A program made the position numbers and the translations under genes. DNA of 64,000 nucleotides from an uncultured Actinomycetota bacterium (GTDB taxonomy: Bacteria; Actinomycetota; Actinomycetes; JAHEKZ01), in the NCBI GenBank assembly GCA_963718235.1, contig CAVQYR010000001.1:704001-768000 (forward strand), read 5' to 3'. Positions 1 through 12,866 of this stretch are shown here, in pieces; within the stretch, counting starts at the first letter, position 1, and every line of letters begins with the position of its first letter. The notes below the pieces were generated by a model. That model ran no database searches. It was not told the DNA's origin and saw nothing but the letters and a program-made list of their open reading frames with translations.

Positions 1-1117
<1,117 letters not shown>

Positions 1118-1151
1118 CACCCACGATTAGGTGATTTCGCCCCGGTTGGGG

Positions 1152-1372
1152 CACACTAGGCAGGTTGCTCGGGCCGGCGGCCGGGGACGGGTCTCCTCAG
1201 CGATGAGGAGGCGAGGTCCCTGGCTGCCGCCCCCGGCGCCCGACAAAGGTCGGGCGCGACTCCCGTCGAAGGCTGTTGACCTCCCCCGCGTGGGAGGGTG
1301 CGACACGCCCGACCTCGGGGGTCGGAGCCAGCCCCAGGCAGCACCGGCACGAGAGAAGGAATTCGACACGCC
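1152..1372 (+). promoter_or_regulatory. S10 operon promoter (-10 CACACT) and structured 5' leader
   Basis: CACACT 1152-1157; long stem 1176-1228 capped by a GCGA tetraloop; further short hairpins before rpsJ. Confidence 0.5.
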
Positions 1373-1681
1373 ATGGCGGGACAGAAGATCCGCATCCGGC
1401 TGAAGGCCTATGACCACGAGGTCATCGACAGCTCGGCGCGCAAGATCGTCGAGACGGCCACCCGGACCGGAGCCCAGGTTGCCGGACCGGTGCCGCTGCC
1501 GACGGAGAAGAACGTCTTCGTCGTCATCCGCTCGCCGCACAAGTACAAGGACAGCCGCGAGCACTTCGAGATGCGCACGCACAAGCGACTCATCGACATC
1601 ATCGACCCGACGCCCAAGACCGTCGACTCGCTCATGCGGCTCGACCTGCCGGCGGGCGTCGACATCGAGATCAAGCTGTAG
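1373..1681 (+). CDS. rpsJ: 30S ribosomal protein S10
   Basis: [19 protein letters not shown]; SD-like AAGGA upstream. Confidence 0.98.
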   Translation: MAGQKIRIRLKAYDHEVIDSSARKIVETATRTGAQVAGPVPLPTEKNVFVVIRSPHKYKDSREHFEMRTHKRLIDIIDPTPKTVDSLMRLDLPAGVDIEIKL

Positions 1682-1693
1682 AGGGACGCACGC

Positions 1694-2344
1694 ATGACCA
1701 AGAACGTGAAGGGCGTCCTGGGCGAGAAGCTCGGCATGACCCAGGTGTGGGACGAGAACAACAAGATCGTCCCGGTCACCGTGGTCAAGGCCGGGCCCTG
1801 CGTGGTGACCCAGGTCCGCACCCCCGACGTCGACGGCTACTCCGCCGTCCAGCTCGGCTTCGGTGCCATCGACCCGCGCAAGGTGAACAAGCCGGACGCC
1901 GGCCACTTCGCCAAGGCCGGGGTCACGCCTCGGCGGCACCTCGTCGAGCTGCGCACCGACGACGCCAACGAGTACACCCTCGGCCAGGAGATCGGACCTG
2001 ACGTGTTCGAGGCCGGCCAGCCGGTCGACGTCACGGCGACGAGCAAGGGCAAGGGCTTCACGGGTGTGATGAAGCGGCACGGGTTCCAGGGCGTCTCGGC
2101 GTCCCACGGCGCCCACCGCAACCACCGCAAGCCGGGCTCGATCGGCGCCGGGTCCACCCCCAGCCGGGTGTTCAAGGGTCTGAAGATGGCCGGTCGCCAC
2201 GGCAACGCCCGGACCACCGTGCAGAACCTCACCGTCGCCAAGGTCGACACCGACCAGGGCCTTCTGCTCATCAAGGGCGCCGTCCCCGGCCCGATCGGTG
2301 GTCTGGTGTTCGTCAGCAGCGCCGCGAAGGGAGCCCAGCGATGA
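1694..2344 (+). CDS. rplC: 50S ribosomal protein L3
   Basis: [16 protein letters not shown], synteny. Confidence 0.98.
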   Translation: MTKNVKGVLGEKLGMTQVWDENNKIVPVTVVKAGPCVVTQVRTPDVDGYSAVQLGFGAIDPRKVNKPDAGHFAKAGVTPRRHLVELRTDDANEYTLGQEIGPDVFEAGQPVDVTATSKGKGFTGVMKRHGFQGVSASHGAHRNHRKPGSIGAGSTPSRVFKGLKMAGRHGNARTTVQNLTVAKVDTDQGLLLIKGAVPGPIGGLVFVSSAAKGAQR

Positions 2345-3024
2345 CCACCATCGACGTCGTGTCGCCCACCGGTGGCACCAGCGGCACGGTCGAGCTGCCC
2401 GCGGAGCTGTTCGACGTCCAGGCCAACATGCCGCTGATGCACCAGGTGGTCGTGGCCCAGCTGGCCGCGGCGCGCCAGGGCACGCACAGCACCCTGACCC
2501 GCGGCGAGGTCGCGGGCGGCGGGCGCAAGCCCTACCGCCAGAAGGGCACCGGCCGCGCCCGCCAGGGCTCGATCCGGGCTCCGCACTTCACCGGTGGCGG
2601 CGTCGTGCACGGACCCACCCCGCGAAGCTACGAGCAGCGCACCCCGAAGAAGATGAAGGCTGCTGCCCTGCGCGGTGCCCTGTCCGACCGGGCACGCAAC
2701 GGCCGGATCCACGTGGTGGGCGGTTTCGTCGACGGTGACACCCCCTCCACCCGCACCGCGTTGGCCGTGCTCGACCAGCTGTCGAGCCGTCCGCACGTCC
2801 TCGTGGTCGCCGAGCGCGACGACGTGGCGGCGTGGAAGAGCCTGCGCAACGTCGAGCGGGTCCACCTGCTCGCCCCCGACCAGCTGAACACCTACGACGT
2901 GCTCGTCAGCGACGACGTCGTGTTCACCCGGGAGGCCCTCGAGGCGTTCGTGGGCGGCCCGGTGAGCGGCAAGGGCGCCAAGGCGGTCGCGACCGAGAGC
3001 GAGATCGAGGAGGCCGCGCTGTGA
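2341..3024 (+). CDS. rplD: 50S ribosomal protein L4
   Basis: [15 protein letters not shown]. Confidence 0.98.
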   Translation: MTTIDVVSPTGGTSGTVELPAELFDVQANMPLMHQVVVAQLAAARQGTHSTLTRGEVAGGGRKPYRQKGTGRARQGSIRAPHFTGGGVVHGPTPRSYEQRTPKKMKAAALRGALSDRARNGRIHVVGGFVDGDTPSTRTALAVLDQLSSRPHVLVVAERDDVAAWKSLRNVERVHLLAPDQLNTYDVLVSDDVVFTREALEAFVGGPVSGKGAKAVATESEIEEAAL

Positions 3025-3326
3025 CCACGGTCCAGAAGAACCCGCGTGACGTGCTGATCGCACCGGTCGTCTCGGAGAAGAGCTACGGCCTGCTCGACGA
3101 GAACAAGTACACGTTCGTGGTGCACCCAGACGCCAACAAGACCGAGATCAAGATCGCGGTCGAGAAGGTGTTCGGCGTGACAGTCACGAGCGTGAACACG
3201 CTCAACCGGCACGGCAAGCGCCGGCGCACCCGTTTCGGCGAGGGCAAGCGCAAGGACACCAAGCGCGCCATCGTCAGCGTGGCGTCCGGCGACCGCATCG
3301 ACATCTTCGGCGGCCCGGTCTCCTGA
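3021..3326 (+). CDS. rplW: 50S ribosomal protein L23
   Basis: PVVSEKSY...[11 protein letters not shown]; GTGA overlap with rplD. Confidence 0.97.
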   Translation: MTTVQKNPRDVLIAPVVSEKSYGLLDENKYTFVVHPDANKTEIKIAVEKVFGVTVTSVNTLNRHGKRRRTRFGEGKRKDTKRAIVSVASGDRIDIFGGPVS

Positions 3327-3354
3327 CCGGGTGACGACATAAGGACCATCAGCC

Positions 3355-4191
3355 ATGGGTATCCGCAAGTACAAGCCGACGACGCCGGGACGTCGCGGTT
3401 CGAGCGTGGCCGACTTCGTCGAAGTCACCCGCGCCGAGCCGGAGAAGTCCCTCGTGCGTCCGCTGCCCAAGAAGGGTGGCCGCAACTCGGCCGGCCGGAT
3501 CACCGCCCGGCACCAGGGTGGTGGGCACAAGCGCGCCTACCGGGTCATCGACTTCCGTCGCCATGACAAGGACGGCGTGCCGGCCAAGGTCGCGCACATC
3601 GAGTACGACCCGAACCGCACCGCTCGGATCGCGTTGCTGCACTACTCCGACGGCGACAAGCGCTACATCCTCGCGCCGACGAAGCTGGCGCAGGGCGACC
3701 GGGTCGAGGCCGGTCCCTCGGCCGACATCAAGCCGGGCAACAACCTGCCGCTGCGCAACATCCCGGTCGGAACCGTGATCCACGCGGTCGAGCTGCGTCC
3801 GGGTGGCGGGGCGAAGCTGGCCCGCTCGGCCGGTGCCAGCATCCAGCTGGTCGCCAAGGACGGGCCCTACGCCCAGCTTCGGCTGCCTTCGGGGGAGATC
3901 CGCAACGTCGACCTTCGCGCCCGGGCGACCGTGGGTGAGGTCGGCAACGCCGAGCAGTCCAACATCAACTGGGGCAAGGCCGGCCGCATGCGCTGGAAGG
4001 GCAAGCGCCCGACCGTTCGCGGTGTGGCCATGAACCCGATCGACCACCCCCACGGTGGTGGCGAGGGGAAGACCTCCGGTGGTCGCCACCCGGTGTCGCC
4101 GTGGGGTCAGCCAGAGGGCCGAACCCGCAAACGGCGCAAGCCGAGCGACAAGTACATCGTCCGCCGCCGCAAGACGAACAAGAAGCGCTAG
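3355..4191 (+). CDS. rplB: 50S ribosomal protein L2
   Basis: [17 protein letters not shown]. Confidence 0.99.
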   Translation: MGIRKYKPTTPGRRGSSVADFVEVTRAEPEKSLVRPLPKKGGRNSAGRITARHQGGGHKRAYRVIDFRRHDKDGVPAKVAHIEYDPNRTARIALLHYSDGDKRYILAPTKLAQGDRVEAGPSADIKPGNNLPLRNIPVGTVIHAVELRPGGGAKLARSAGASIQLVAKDGPYAQLRLPSGEIRNVDLRARATVGEVGNAEQSNINWGKAGRMRWKGKRPTVRGVAMNPIDHPHGGGEGKTSGGRHPVSPWGQPEGRTRKRRKPSDKYIVRRRKTNKKR

Positions 4192-4204
4192 GAGCAGCTG
4201 ACCG

Positions 4205-4486
4205 ATGCCGCGCAGCCTGAAGAAGGGCCCCTTCGTCGACGACCACCTCATGAAGAAGGTGGACGCACAGAACGAGAAGGGCACCCGCAACGTCATCAAG
4301 ACCTGGTCTCGTCGTTCGATGATCGTGCCGGCCATGATCGGCCACACGATCGCCGTCCACGACGGGCGCAAGCACGTGCCGGTCTTCGTGACCGACGCCA
4401 TGGTGGGTCACAAGCTCGGCGAGTTCTCGCCGACGCGCACCTTCCGCGGCCACGAGAAGGACGACCGCAAGGCTCGCCGCCGCTGA
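4205..4486 (+). CDS. rpsS: 30S ribosomal protein S19
   Basis: [19 protein letters not shown]. Confidence 0.99.
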   Translation: MPRSLKKGPFVDDHLMKKVDAQNEKGTRNVIKTWSRRSMIVPAMIGHTIAVHDGRKHVPVFVTDAMVGHKLGEFSPTRTFRGHEKDDRKARRR

Positions 4487-4541
4487 CGCGGAGGCGACCC
4501 AGACCGAACCAACCGCAACGAGTAGAAGCAGAGGGACAGCG

Positions 4542-4919
4542 ATGGAAGCCAGGGCCAGTGCGCGCAGCACTGCGCGGTTTGTCCGCGTGACGCCCCAGAA
4601 GGCTCGCCGCATGGTCGACCTCATCCGGGGTCTGCCGGTGGCCGAGGCGCAGACGATTCTGCGCTTCACGCCTCAGGCCGCGAGCGAGACCGTCGGCAAG
4701 GTGCTCGGCAGCGCCATCGCCAACGCCGAGCACAACCACAGCCTCGACGTGTCGTCGCTCGTGGTCAGCGAGGCGTTCGTCGACGAGGGTCCGACCCTCA
4801 AGCGGTTCCGCCCGCGGGCCCAGGGCCGCGCGTACCGAATCCGCAAGCGCACCAGCCACATCACGGTCGTCGTCGCACCGGCTGAACAGCCGGTCGCCGC
4901 GGCCCGGAAGAAGGGGTGA
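4542..4919 (+). CDS. rplV: 50S ribosomal protein L22
   Basis: [11 protein letters not shown]. Confidence 0.98.
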   Translation: MEARASARSTARFVRVTPQKARRMVDLIRGLPVAEAQTILRFTPQAASETVGKVLGSAIANAEHNHSLDVSSLVVSEAFVDEGPTLKRFRPRAQGRAYRIRKRTSHITVVVAPAEQPVAAARKKG

Positions 4920-4922
4920 CCC

Positions 4923-5771
4923 GTGGGTCAGAAGGTCAACCCGAACGGGTTCCGTCTCGGCATCACGACCGACTACGCGAGTCGTTGGTACGCCGACAGC
5001 ACCAGTGCTGGTCAGCGCTACAAGGACTACATCAAGGAAGACGTCGAGATCCGTCGACTGCTGAGCCGCGGCATGGAGCGTGCCGGGATCAGCAAGGTAG
5101 ACATCGAGCGCACCCGTGACCGGGTTCGCGTCGACATCCACACCGCCCGTCCTGGCATCGTCATCGGACGACGCGGGGCGGAGGCTGACCGGATCCGGGC
5201 CGACCTCGAGAAGCTCACCGGCAAGCAGGTGCAGCTGAACATCCTGGAGGTCAAGAGTCCCGAGACCGACGCCCAGCTCGTGGCCCAGGGGGTCGCCGAG
5301 CAGCTCAGCAGCCGGGTGTCGTTCCGGCGGGCGATGCGCAAGGCGATCCAGACGGCCATGAAGGCCGGGGCCAAGGGCATCCGGGTGCAGGTGAGCGGTC
5401 GACTCGGTGGTGCCGAGATGTCGCGCACCGAGTTCTACCGCGAGGGCCGGGTGCCGTTGCACACCCTGCGCGCGGACATCGACTACGGCTTCTACGAGGC
5501 TCGCACCACGTTCGGTCGGATCGGTGTGAAGGTCTGGATCTACAAGGGCGACGTGACCGGCAGCAAGGCCGAGCGCGAGGCGGCAGCGGCTGCCGCGCGG
5601 ATGGCCCAGCGCAGCCGCCCGGCCACCCGTACCCCGCGTCGCGACGCTGCGCCGGCCGGGCGAGGACGCGCCGAAGCCCCGGTCGAGGCCCCGGTCGAGG
5701 CCCCGGTCGAGACCCCGGCCGAGGCCGCGGTCGAGGCGACCGGCGGCGCCGAGCCGGGACAGGAGGGCTGA
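4923..5771 (+). CDS. rpsC: 30S ribosomal protein S3
   Basis: [23 protein letters not shown]. Confidence 0.99.
   Translation: MGQKVNPNGFRLGITTDYASRWYADSTSAGQRYKDYIKEDVEIRRLLSRGMERAGISKVDIERTRDRVRVDIHTARPGIVIGRRGAEADRIRADLEKLTGKQVQLNILEVKSPETDAQLVAQGVAEQLSSRVSFRRAMRKAIQTAMKAGAKGIRVQVSGRLGGAEMSRTEFYREGRVPLHTLRADIDYGFYEARTTFGRIGVKVWIYKGDVTGSKAEREAAAAAARMAQRSRPATRTPRRDAAPAGRGRAEAPVEAPVEAPVETPAEAAVEATGGAEPGQEG
5676..5735 (+). repeat. 12-bp tandem repeat (gccccggtcgag x3 plus 2 degenerate copies) encoding APVE in the S3 tail
   Basis: Read directly from sequence. Confidence 0.85.
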
Positions 5772-5774
5772 CCC

Positions 5775-6194
5775 ATGCTGATCCCACGGCGGGTCAAGCA
5801 CCGCAAGCAGCACCACCCCACGCGCAGGGGGATGGCCAAGGGCGGCACGCAGGTGTCGTTCGGCGAGTTCGGGCTCCAGGCGCTGGAGCCCGGCTACATC
5901 ACCAACCGCCAGATCGAGGCGGCGCGAATCGCGATCACCCGCGCCATCAAGCGTGGCGGGAAGGTCTGGATCACCATCTACCCGGACCGACCGCTGACCA
6001 AGAAGCCCGCCGAGACCCGGATGGGTTCGGGCAAGGGCTCGCCGGAGTGGTGGATCGCGAACGTCAAGCCCGGGCGCGTGATGTTCGAGCTGTCCGGCGT
6101 GCCGGAGCCGCTGGCCCGCGAGGCCATGCGCCGGGCGCAGCACAAGCTCCCGGTGAAGACCAGGTTCGTCAAGCGTGAGGCAGGGGAGCTGTGA
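5775..6194 (+). CDS. rplP: 50S ribosomal protein L16
   Basis: [12 protein letters not shown]. Confidence 0.99.
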   Translation: MLIPRRVKHRKQHHPTRRGMAKGGTQVSFGEFGLQALEPGYITNRQIEAARIAITRAIKRGGKVWITIYPDRPLTKKPAETRMGSGKGSPEWWIANVKPGRVMFELSGVPEPLAREAMRRAQHKLPVKTRFVKREAGEL

Positions 6195-6430
6195 TGACTG
6201 TCGGCATCAAGCCTGGCGAACTGCACGGCCTCGAGGATGACGAGCTCGTCGCCAAGCTGCACGAGGCCAAGGAAGAGCTGTTCAACCTGCGGTTCCAGGC
6301 CGCGACCGGACAGCTGGAGAGCCACGGGCGGCTGCGCGCCGTCCGCAAGGACATCGCCCGGATCTACACGGTGCTGCGCGAGCGCGAGCTGGGCATCACC
6401 TCCTTCGAGCGGCCGGAAGGCGCAGCATGA
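6194..6430 (+). CDS. rpmC: 50S ribosomal protein L29
   Basis: [15 protein letters not shown]. Confidence 0.98.
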   Translation: MTVGIKPGELHGLEDDELVAKLHEAKEELFNLRFQAATGQLESHGRLRAVRKDIARIYTVLRERELGITSFERPEGAA

Positions 6431-6747
6431 GTCAGGACACGAGTGAGGACACGGCCCCGATGAGCAGCCCAGCAGACAGCCCCGAGGCCGTGCAGGTGCG
6501 CGGCGCCCGCAAGGTGCGCGAAGGGCTCGTGGTCAGCGACAAGATGGACAAGACCGTCGTGGTCGCGGTCGAGGACCGGGTCAAGCACCCGCTGTACGGC
6601 AAGGTCCTGCGACGCACGAGCAAGCTCAAGGCGCACGACGAGCAGAACACAGCAGGGATCGGCGACCGCGTCGTCATCATGGAGACGCGGCCGACCAGCA
6701 AGAGCAAGCGCTGGCGGCTCGTCGAGATCCTCGAGAAGGCCAAGTAA
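6427..6747 (+). CDS. rpsQ: 30S ribosomal protein S17
   Basis: [23 protein letters not shown]. Confidence 0.98.
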   Translation: MSQDTSEDTAPMSSPADSPEAVQVRGARKVREGLVVSDKMDKTVVVAVEDRVKHPLYGKVLRRTSKLKAHDEQNTAGIGDRVVIMETRPTSKSKRWRLVEILEKAK

Positions 6748-6804
6748 GCCCGTTCCGCCAGGCTCGCCCGCGGGTGAGAACCAGCAGACACCATTGGAGA
6801 ACAC

Positions 6805-7173
6805 GTGATCCAGCAGGAGTCGCGACTCAAGGTCGCCGACAACACCGGTGCCAAGGAGATCTTGTGCATCCGGGTTCTCGGCGGGTCCGGTCGGCGCTAC
6901 GCGGGAATCGGCGACGTGATCGTCGCCACGGTCAAGGACGCCATCCCCGGCGGCAACGTCAAGAAGGGCGAGGTCGTCAAGGCAGTCGTCGTGCGCACGG
7001 TCAAGGAGCGCCGTCGCCCCGACGGCTCGTACATCAAGTTCGACGAGAACGCCGCCGTCATCATCAAGGAGGGCGGCGAGCCCCGAGGTACCCGCATCTT
7101 CGGCCCAGTGGGCCGCGAGCTGCGTGACAAGCGCTACATGCGGATCATCTCGCTCGCCCCGGAGGTGCTGTGA
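6805..7173 (+). CDS. rplN: 50S ribosomal protein L14
   Basis: [17 protein letters not shown]. Confidence 0.99.
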   Translation: MIQQESRLKVADNTGAKEILCIRVLGGSGRRYAGIGDVIVATVKDAIPGGNVKKGEVVKAVVVRTVKERRRPDGSYIKFDENAAVIIKEGGEPRGTRIFGPVGRELRDKRYMRIISLAPEVL

Positions 7174-7175
7174 CC

Positions 7176-7508
7176 ATGCCCAAGATGCATGTGAAGAAGG
7201 GCGACACGGTCATCGTCATCGCCGGCAAGGACAAGGGGGCTACCGGCAAGGTGATCGCCGCCTACCCCCGCGAGCAGCGGGTCCTCGTCGAGGGCGTGAA
7301 CGTCGTCAAGAAGCACACCAAGATCGGGCAGACGTCCCGAGGCGCGAAGACGGGCGGAATCGTCACCCAGGAGGCTCCGATCCACGCCTCGAACGTGATG
7401 CCCGTCGTCGACGGCGAGGGCAGGAAGGTCGGCACCCGGGTCGGCTACCGCATCGACGAAGACGGTCGTAAGGCCCGGGTCGCGGCGAAGACCGGTGAGG
7501 AACTGTGA
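7176..7508 (+). CDS. rplX: 50S ribosomal protein L24
   Basis: [17 protein letters not shown] motif. Confidence 0.98.
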   Translation: MPKMHVKKGDTVIVIAGKDKGATGKVIAAYPREQRVLVEGVNVVKKHTKIGQTSRGAKTGGIVTQEAPIHASNVMPVVDGEGRKVGTRVGYRIDEDGRKARVAAKTGEEL

Positions 7509-8107
7509 TGACTGACACTGCAACCGAGGCGAGTCCGCAGACCTCGGCGACCGAAGCCCGGCCCTACCCGCGGCTGAAGCTGAGGTACCGCGAGGAGATC
7601 GTCCCCGCGCTTCGCGAGGAGTTCGGCTTCGGCAACGTCATGCAGGTGCCCGGCGTGGTCAAGGTCGTCGTCAACATGGGCGTCGGAGAGGCGGCCCGCG
7701 ACTCCAAACTGATCGAGGGCGCGGTCAAGGACCTCGCCGTGGTCACCGGGCAGAAGCCCACGGTGACCAAGGCCAGGAAGTCGATCGCCCAGTTCAAGCT
7801 GCGTGAGGGGATGCCCATCGGCGCTCACGTGACACTGCGCGGCGACCGCATGTGGGAGTTCCTCGACCGGCTGCTGACCACCGCGCTGCCGCGTATCCGT
7901 GACTTCCGAGGTCTGTCGCCCAGGCAGTTCGACGGCAACGGCAACTACACCTTCGGTCTCAACGAGCAGAGCATGTTCCACGAGATCGACCCGGACGCGA
8001 TCGACCGTGTCCGTGGCATGGACATCACCGTGGTGACGTCCGCACAGACCGACGACGAGGGACGCGCACTGCTGCGCTCTCTCGGCTTCCCGTTCAAGGA
8101 GTCCTGA
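7508..8107 (+). CDS. rplE: 50S ribosomal protein L5
   Basis: [17 protein letters not shown]. Confidence 0.98.
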   Translation: MTDTATEASPQTSATEARPYPRLKLRYREEIVPALREEFGFGNVMQVPGVVKVVVNMGVGEAARDSKLIEGAVKDLAVVTGQKPTVTKARKSIAQFKLREGMPIGAHVTLRGDRMWEFLDRLLTTALPRIRDFRGLSPRQFDGNGNYTFGLNEQSMFHEIDPDAIDRVRGMDITVVTSAQTDDEGRALLRSLGFPFKES

Positions 8108-8109
8108 CC

Positions 8110-8296
8110 GTGGCCAAGAAGGCGCTGATCGAGAAGGCCGCAGCGCAAGCCGAAGTTCAAGGTGCGTGCGTACACGCGATGCAGCGTGTGCGGTCGACCT
8201 CACTCGGTGTACCGCAAGTTCGGGCTCTGCCGCGTGTGCCTGCGCAACATGGCACACCGTGGGGAGCTCCCCGGCATCACCAAGAGCAGCTGGTAA
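8110..8296 (+). CDS. rpsN: 30S ribosomal protein S14 type Z (zinc-binding), apparent +1 frameshift near 8140
   Basis: [10 protein letters not shown], then in the next frame [51 protein letters not shown]; 187 nt = 186+1. Confidence 0.92.
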
Positions 8297-8359
8297 CCAT
8301 TCCTACGCCGCAGGTCCGCACGACGCGGATACCACGGTGAGAGAGACCACAGGCCAACC

Positions 8360-8762
8360 ATGACCATGACCGACCCGATCGCCGACATGTTGACGCGACT
8401 GCGCAACGCGAACTCGGCGTACCACGAAGCGTGAGCCATGCCCTCGAGCAAGATCAAGCTCGGCATCGCTGAGATCCTCAAGCAGGAGGGCTACGTCGAG
8501 CGGCTGGCACGTCGAGCCCACCGAAGTGGGCTCTGGCACGCTGGTCATCGACCTGAAGTTCGGGCCGACCCGCGAGCGCTCCATCGCCGGCATCCGCCGG
8601 ATCAGCAAGCCCGGTCTTCGGGTCTATGCCAAGTCGACCAACCTGCCGAAGGTCCTCGGTGGTCTGGGCGTCGCGATCATCTCGACGTCGTCCGGCCTGC
8701 TGACCGACCGTCAGGCAGCCAAGCAGAACGTGGGCGGGGAAGTCCTCGCCTACGTCTGGTAG
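8360..8762 (+). CDS. rpsH: 30S ribosomal protein S8, with an in-frame TGA at 8432 and a +1 frameshift near 8498
   Basis: [22 protein letters not shown]...[19 protein letters not shown]...[10 protein letters not shown]...GGEVLAYVW*; 403 nt = 402+1. Confidence 0.92.
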
Positions 8763-8778
8763 CGGGAGGAGCCCGACC

Positions 8779-9318
8779 ATGTCACGCATCGGCCGTCTCC
8801 CGGTCGTCGTCCCCAGCGGGGTCGACGTCACCATCGAAGGTCAAGACGTCGCGGTCAAGGGTCCCAAGGGAGCCTTGAGCCTCACGATCAGCGAGCCCAT
8901 CACCATCGAGCGGGGTGACGACGGCTCCCTGTCGATCGCCCGGCCCGACGACGAGCGTCGCAACAAGTCCCTGCACGGGCTCACCCGTACCCTGGTGGCC
9001 AACATGGTCGCCGGGGTCACCGAGGGCTTCGAGCGCAAGCTCGAGATCGTCGGTGTCGGCTACCGGGTCCAGGCCAAGGGCAAGGACCTCGAGTTCGCCC
9101 TCGGGTTCAGCCATCCGGTCCTGGTCGCGGCACCCGACGGCATCACGTTCGCCGTCGAGAGCCCGACCAAGTTCTCGGTCACCGGAATCGACAAGCAGCA
9201 GGTCGGCCAGGTGGCGGCCAACATTCGCAAGCTGCGCAAGCCCGAGCCTTACAAGGGCAAGGGTATTCGCTACGCGGGCGAGCACGTCCGTCGCAAGGTC
9301 GGAAAGGCTGGTAAGTAG
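8779..9318 (+). CDS. rplF: 50S ribosomal protein L6
   Basis: [19 protein letters not shown]. Confidence 0.99.
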   Translation: MSRIGRLPVVVPSGVDVTIEGQDVAVKGPKGALSLTISEPITIERGDDGSLSIARPDDERRNKSLHGLTRTLVANMVAGVTEGFERKLEIVGVGYRVQAKGKDLEFALGFSHPVLVAAPDGITFAVESPTKFSVTGIDKQQVGQVAANIRKLRKPEPYKGKGIRYAGEHVRRKVGKAGK

Positions 9319-9320
9319 TC

Positions 9321-9701
9321 ATGGCCGTCGGTGTGAGTTCACGTCGGGCGAATCCGAAGCAGGTGTCGCGTGCGCGACGCCACCTTCGGGTCCGCAAGAA
9401 GGTCGAGGGCACGACTGCCCGTCCACGTCTGGTCGCCTCGCGCTCCAGCCGGCACCTGTTCGTCCAGGTGGTCGACGACAGCGTCGGCCGCACGCTGGCA
9501 TCGGCATCCACGATGGAGGAGGCCGTCCGCTCGGCAGGAGGCGACAAGACCGCACAGGCTCGTCAGGTCGGGTCGCTGATCGCTGATCGCGCGAAGGCCG
9601 CCGGCGTCGAGCAGGTCGTGTTCGACCGTGGTGGCAACCGCTACCACGGCCGCATCGCAGCACTCGCCGAAGGCGCCCGCGACAGCGGGCTCGTCTTCTG
9701 A
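9321..9701 (+). CDS. rplR: 50S ribosomal protein L18
   Basis: [13 protein letters not shown]. Confidence 0.98.
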   Translation: MAVGVSSRRANPKQVSRARRHLRVRKKVEGTTARPRLVASRSSRHLFVQVVDDSVGRTLASASTMEEAVRSAGGDKTAQARQVGSLIADRAKAAGVEQVVFDRGGNRYHGRIAALAEGARDSGLVF

Positions 9702-9735
9702 CCACCCAGCTGACCGAAGGAAGAGGAACCAGAGC

Positions 9736-10329
9736 ATGAGCGGACCTCAGCGCCGCGGCAGTGCCGGTGGCGATCGTCGTCGCGACAACCGCCGCGGAGA
9801 CGCTGCAGAGAAGAACGCCTACATCGAGCGAGTCGTGGCGATCAACCGCGTCGCGAAGGTCGTCAAGGGTGGTCGGCGCTTCAGCTTCACCGCCCTGGTC
9901 GTCGTCGGCGACGGCGACGGAACCGTCGGCGTGGGCTACGGCAAGGCCAAGGAGGTTCCGGCCGCGATCGCCAAGGGAGTCGAGGAGGCCAAGAAGAACT
10001 TCTTCAAGGTCCCCCGGATCCAAGGCACCATCACCCACCCGATCCAGGGTGAGGCAGCGGCCGGCGTCGTCCTGCTGAAGCCGGCCGCACCCGGTACCGG
10101 CGTCATCGCCGGCGGACCGGTGCGGGCCGTGCTGGAGGCAGCCGGCATCCACGACGTGCTGAGCAAGTCGCTCGGCTCGTCCAACGCCATCAACATCGTG
10201 CACGCCACGGTGGCGGCGCTGAAGGGTCTCGAGCGTCCCGAGGAGGTCGCGGCCCGCCGTGGCCTGCCCCTGGAGGACGTCGCTCCCGAAGGCCTCCTGC
10301 GCGCCCGTGCGGCCGGAATGAGCGCGTGA
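9736..10329 (+). CDS. rpsE: 30S ribosomal protein S5
   Basis: [16 protein letters not shown]. Confidence 0.98.
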   Translation: MSGPQRRGSAGGDRRRDNRRGDAAEKNAYIERVVAINRVAKVVKGGRRFSFTALVVVGDGDGTVGVGYGKAKEVPAAIAKGVEEAKKNFFKVPRIQGTITHPIQGEAAAGVVLLKPAAPGTGVIAGGPVRAVLEAAGIHDVLSKSLGSSNAINIVHATVAALKGLERPEEVAARRGLPLEDVAPEGLLRARAAGMSA

Positions 10330-10511
10330 TGGCTCGGTTGAAGGTGACTCAACGAAAGTCCAAGGTCGGTGGCAGTCACAGCCAGCGCGAGACCCTGCGT
10401 TCCCTGGGTCTCAAGCGGATCGGTGACGTCGTCGTCAAGGAGGACCGCCCCGAGATCCGTGGGATGGTCAGCACGGTGTCGCACCTCGTCACCGTCGAGG
10501 AGGTCGACTGA
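10329..10511 (+). CDS. rpmD: 50S ribosomal protein L30
   Basis: [11 protein letters not shown], synteny. Confidence 0.97.
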   Translation: MARLKVTQRKSKVGGSHSQRETLRSLGLKRIGDVVVKEDRPEIRGMVSTVSHLVTVEEVD

Positions 10512-10512
10512 C

Positions 10513-10953
10513 ATGACAGTGAAGGTTCATCACCTGCGTCCGGCTCCGGGCGCCAAGAAGGCCAAGACCCGGGTCGGTCGTGGCGAGGGGTCCAAGGGCA
10601 AGACCGCCGGCCGAGGCACCAAGGGCACCAAGGCGCGCTACCAGGTGCCCGCGAGCTTCGAGGGCGGCCAGATGCCCCTGCACATGCGCCTGCCGAAGCT
10701 GCGCGGCTTCAAGAACCCGTTCCGGGTCGAGTACCAGGTGGTCAACCTGGACAAGCTCGCGGCGCTGTTCCCGGCCGGTGGCGAGGTGGGTGTCGACGAC
10801 CTCGTGGCCAAGGGTGCGGTGCGCAAGGACCGCCCCGTGAAGGTGCTGGGCACCGGCGACGTCAGCGTGGCCCTCCAGGTGAGCGCTCACGCGTTCTCCG
10901 GATCGGCCAAGACCAAGATCGCGGCTGCGGGCGGGAGCACCACAGAGCTCTGA
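10513..10953 (+). CDS. rplO: 50S ribosomal protein L15
   Basis: [21 protein letters not shown]. Confidence 0.98.
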   Translation: MTVKVHHLRPAPGAKKAKTRVGRGEGSKGKTAGRGTKGTKARYQVPASFEGGQMPLHMRLPKLRGFKNPFRVEYQVVNLDKLAALFPAGGEVGVDDLVAKGAVRKDRPVKVLGTGDVSVALQVSAHAFSGSAKTKIAAAGGSTTEL

Positions 10954-11002
10954 CGGTGCGTTATCGTCGCTGACACTTCGATCCGTTCGCTGGAGGCCAT
11001 CA

Positions 11003-12295
11003 GTGCTGTCCGTCTTCGCGCAGGCATTCCGGACTCCGGACCTGCGCACGAAGATCCTCTTCGCGCTGGCCATGATCGCGATCTACCGGGTCGGTTCGTA
11101 CGTCCCCACGCCGGGGGTCGACTACCCGGCGGTCCAGACCTGCATCAAGTCGGTCCAGGGGGACAGCCTCTACGCCCTGATCAACCTGTTCAGTGGCGGA
11201 GCGCTTCTGCAGCTGTCGATCTTCGCACTCGGGATCATGCCGTACATCACCGCGAGCATCATCCTGCAGCTGCTCGTGGTGGTGATCCCGCGTCTGGAGG
11301 CCCTCAAGAAGGAGGGCCAGTCCGGCACGGCGAAGATCACCCAGTACACCCGCTACCTCACGATCGGCCTGAGCGTCCTCCAGGCCACGGGCATCGTGGC
11401 CCTCGCCCGTTCGAACCAGCTCATCCAGGGCTGCCCCGAGGACATCATCCCCAACCAGTCGCTCCCGGTGATCTTGACCATGGTCATCGTCCTGGTGGCC
11501 GGCGCCACGGTGGTCATGTGGCTCGGTGAGCTGATCACCGACCGAGGCATCGGGAACGGCATGTCGCTGATCATCTTCACCTCGATCGTCGCCGGCTTCC
11601 CGGCCCAGATGTCGGTGATCTTCTCCAGCGCCGGTCCGATCCAGTTCCTGGTCGTCCTGCTGGTCGGTCTCGCGATCGTGGCCTTCGTGGTGCTGATGGA
11701 GCAGGGGCAACGACGGATCCCGGTGCAGTACGCCAAGCGGATGGTCGGTCGCAAGATGTACGGCGGCAGCTCGACCTACATCCCGATCAAGGTGAACCAG
11801 GCCGGCGTGATCCCGGTCATCTTCGCCTCGTCGCTGATGTACCTGCCCGTGCTCTTCGTCACCCTGACCAACAGCACCGGGGGATTCGCCCAGTGGGTCG
11901 AGGCACACCTCGTACGGGGCACCGGTGCCATCTACTCGGTGATCTTCTTCCTGCTCGTGGTCTTCTTCACCTACTTCTACACCGCGATCACGTTCAACCC
12001 CGACGAGATCGCCGACAACATGAAGAAGTACGGCGGATTCATCCCAGGGATCAGGGCCGGCAAGCCGACCGCGCAGTATCTCGACTACGTCCTGACCCGG
12101 CTGACGTCCGTGGGCTCGCTGTACCTGGGTGCCATCGCCGTGCTGCCGCTCGTGGCCTTCGCCAGTCTCGGGCAGGGGCAGAACTTCATCTTCGGCGGCA
12201 CGAGCATCCTGATCATGGTCGGCGTCGGCCTGGACACGGTCAAGCAGATCGAGAGCCAGCTGCAGCAGCGAAGCTACGAAGGGTTCCTGCGCTAG
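11003..12295 (+). CDS. secY: Preprotein translocase SecY
   Basis: SIFALGIMPYITASII, GIGNGMSLII. Confidence 0.99.
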   Translation: MLSVFAQAFRTPDLRTKILFALAMIAIYRVGSYVPTPGVDYPAVQTCIKSVQGDSLYALINLFSGGALLQLSIFALGIMPYITASIILQLLVVVIPRLEALKKEGQSGTAKITQYTRYLTIGLSVLQATGIVALARSNQLIQGCPEDIIPNQSLPVILTMVIVLVAGATVVMWLGELITDRGIGNGMSLIIFTSIVAGFPAQMSVIFSSAGPIQFLVVLLVGLAIVAFVVLMEQGQRRIPVQYAKRMVGRKMYGGSSTYIPIKVNQAGVIPVIFASSLMYLPVLFVTLTNSTGGFAQWVEAHLVRGTGAIYSVIFFLLVVFFTYFYTAITFNPDEIADNMKKYGGFIPGIRAGKPTAQYLDYVLTRLTSVGSLYLGAIAVLPLVAFASLGQGQNFIFGGTSILIMVGVGLDTVKQIESQLQQRSYEGFLR

Positions 12296-12858
12296 TGAGG
12301 CTCGTCCTGGTCGGCCCCCCGGGTGCGGGCAAGGGCACGCAGGCTGCTGTCGTGGCCGACCGCCTCGGCATACCGCACATCTCCACCGGGGACCTCTTCC
12401 GGGCCAACGTCTCCGGCGCGACCACTCTGGGGCTGGAGGCGCAGGCGTACCTCGACGCCGGTGCGCTCGTCCCGGACTCGGTCACCAACGCGATGGTCGA
12501 GGGCCGCTTCGGCGCCAGCGATGTCGACACGGGGTTCCTGCTCGACGGGTACCCCCGTAACCCCGCTCAGGTGGGCGTGCTCGACCAGATGCTGGCCAAG
12601 CGAGGCTGGTCCCTCGACCACGTCGTCGAGCTGGTCGTCGACCGGGACGAGGTCACCCGGCGGCTGCTGCGGCGGGCTCGAGAGCTCGGCCGCTCCGACG
12701 ACACCGCCGAGGTCGTGGCCGCACGCTTCGACGTCTATGACCAGGAGACGTCGCCGATCGTGGCCGTCTACCGCGGTCAGGGGCTCCTGCGGATCATCGA
12801 CGGCATGGGCGACGTCGACGAGGTCACTCGGCGCATCCTCGACGAGATCGGTGACTGA
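12295..12858 (+). CDS. adk: Adenylate kinase (short-lid type)
   Basis: GPPGAGKGTQ, HISTGDLFR, LDGYPR. Confidence 0.97.
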   Translation: MRLVLVGPPGAGKGTQAAVVADRLGIPHISTGDLFRANVSGATTLGLEAQAYLDAGALVPDSVTNAMVEGRFGASDVDTGFLLDGYPRNPAQVGVLDQMLAKRGWSLDHVVELVVDRDEVTRRLLRRARELGRSDDTAEVVAARFDVYDQETSPIVAVYRGQGLLRIIDGMGDVDEVTRRILDEIGD

Positions 12859-12866
12859 AGGCCGCC

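Noticed and set aside
4296-6143. Long antisense and alternative-frame ORFs (e.g. 615 aa here, 21954-23981, 42424-43491 extension, 45737-47644)
   Set aside because: Shadow ORFs expected from high GC3 codon bias over genuine genes; no recognisable motifs.
8432-8434. TGA recoding or selenocysteine in rpsH
   Set aside because: TGA is the normal stop throughout the window. The site is better explained by a local -1/+1 indel pair (gaa gc gtg agc c atg).
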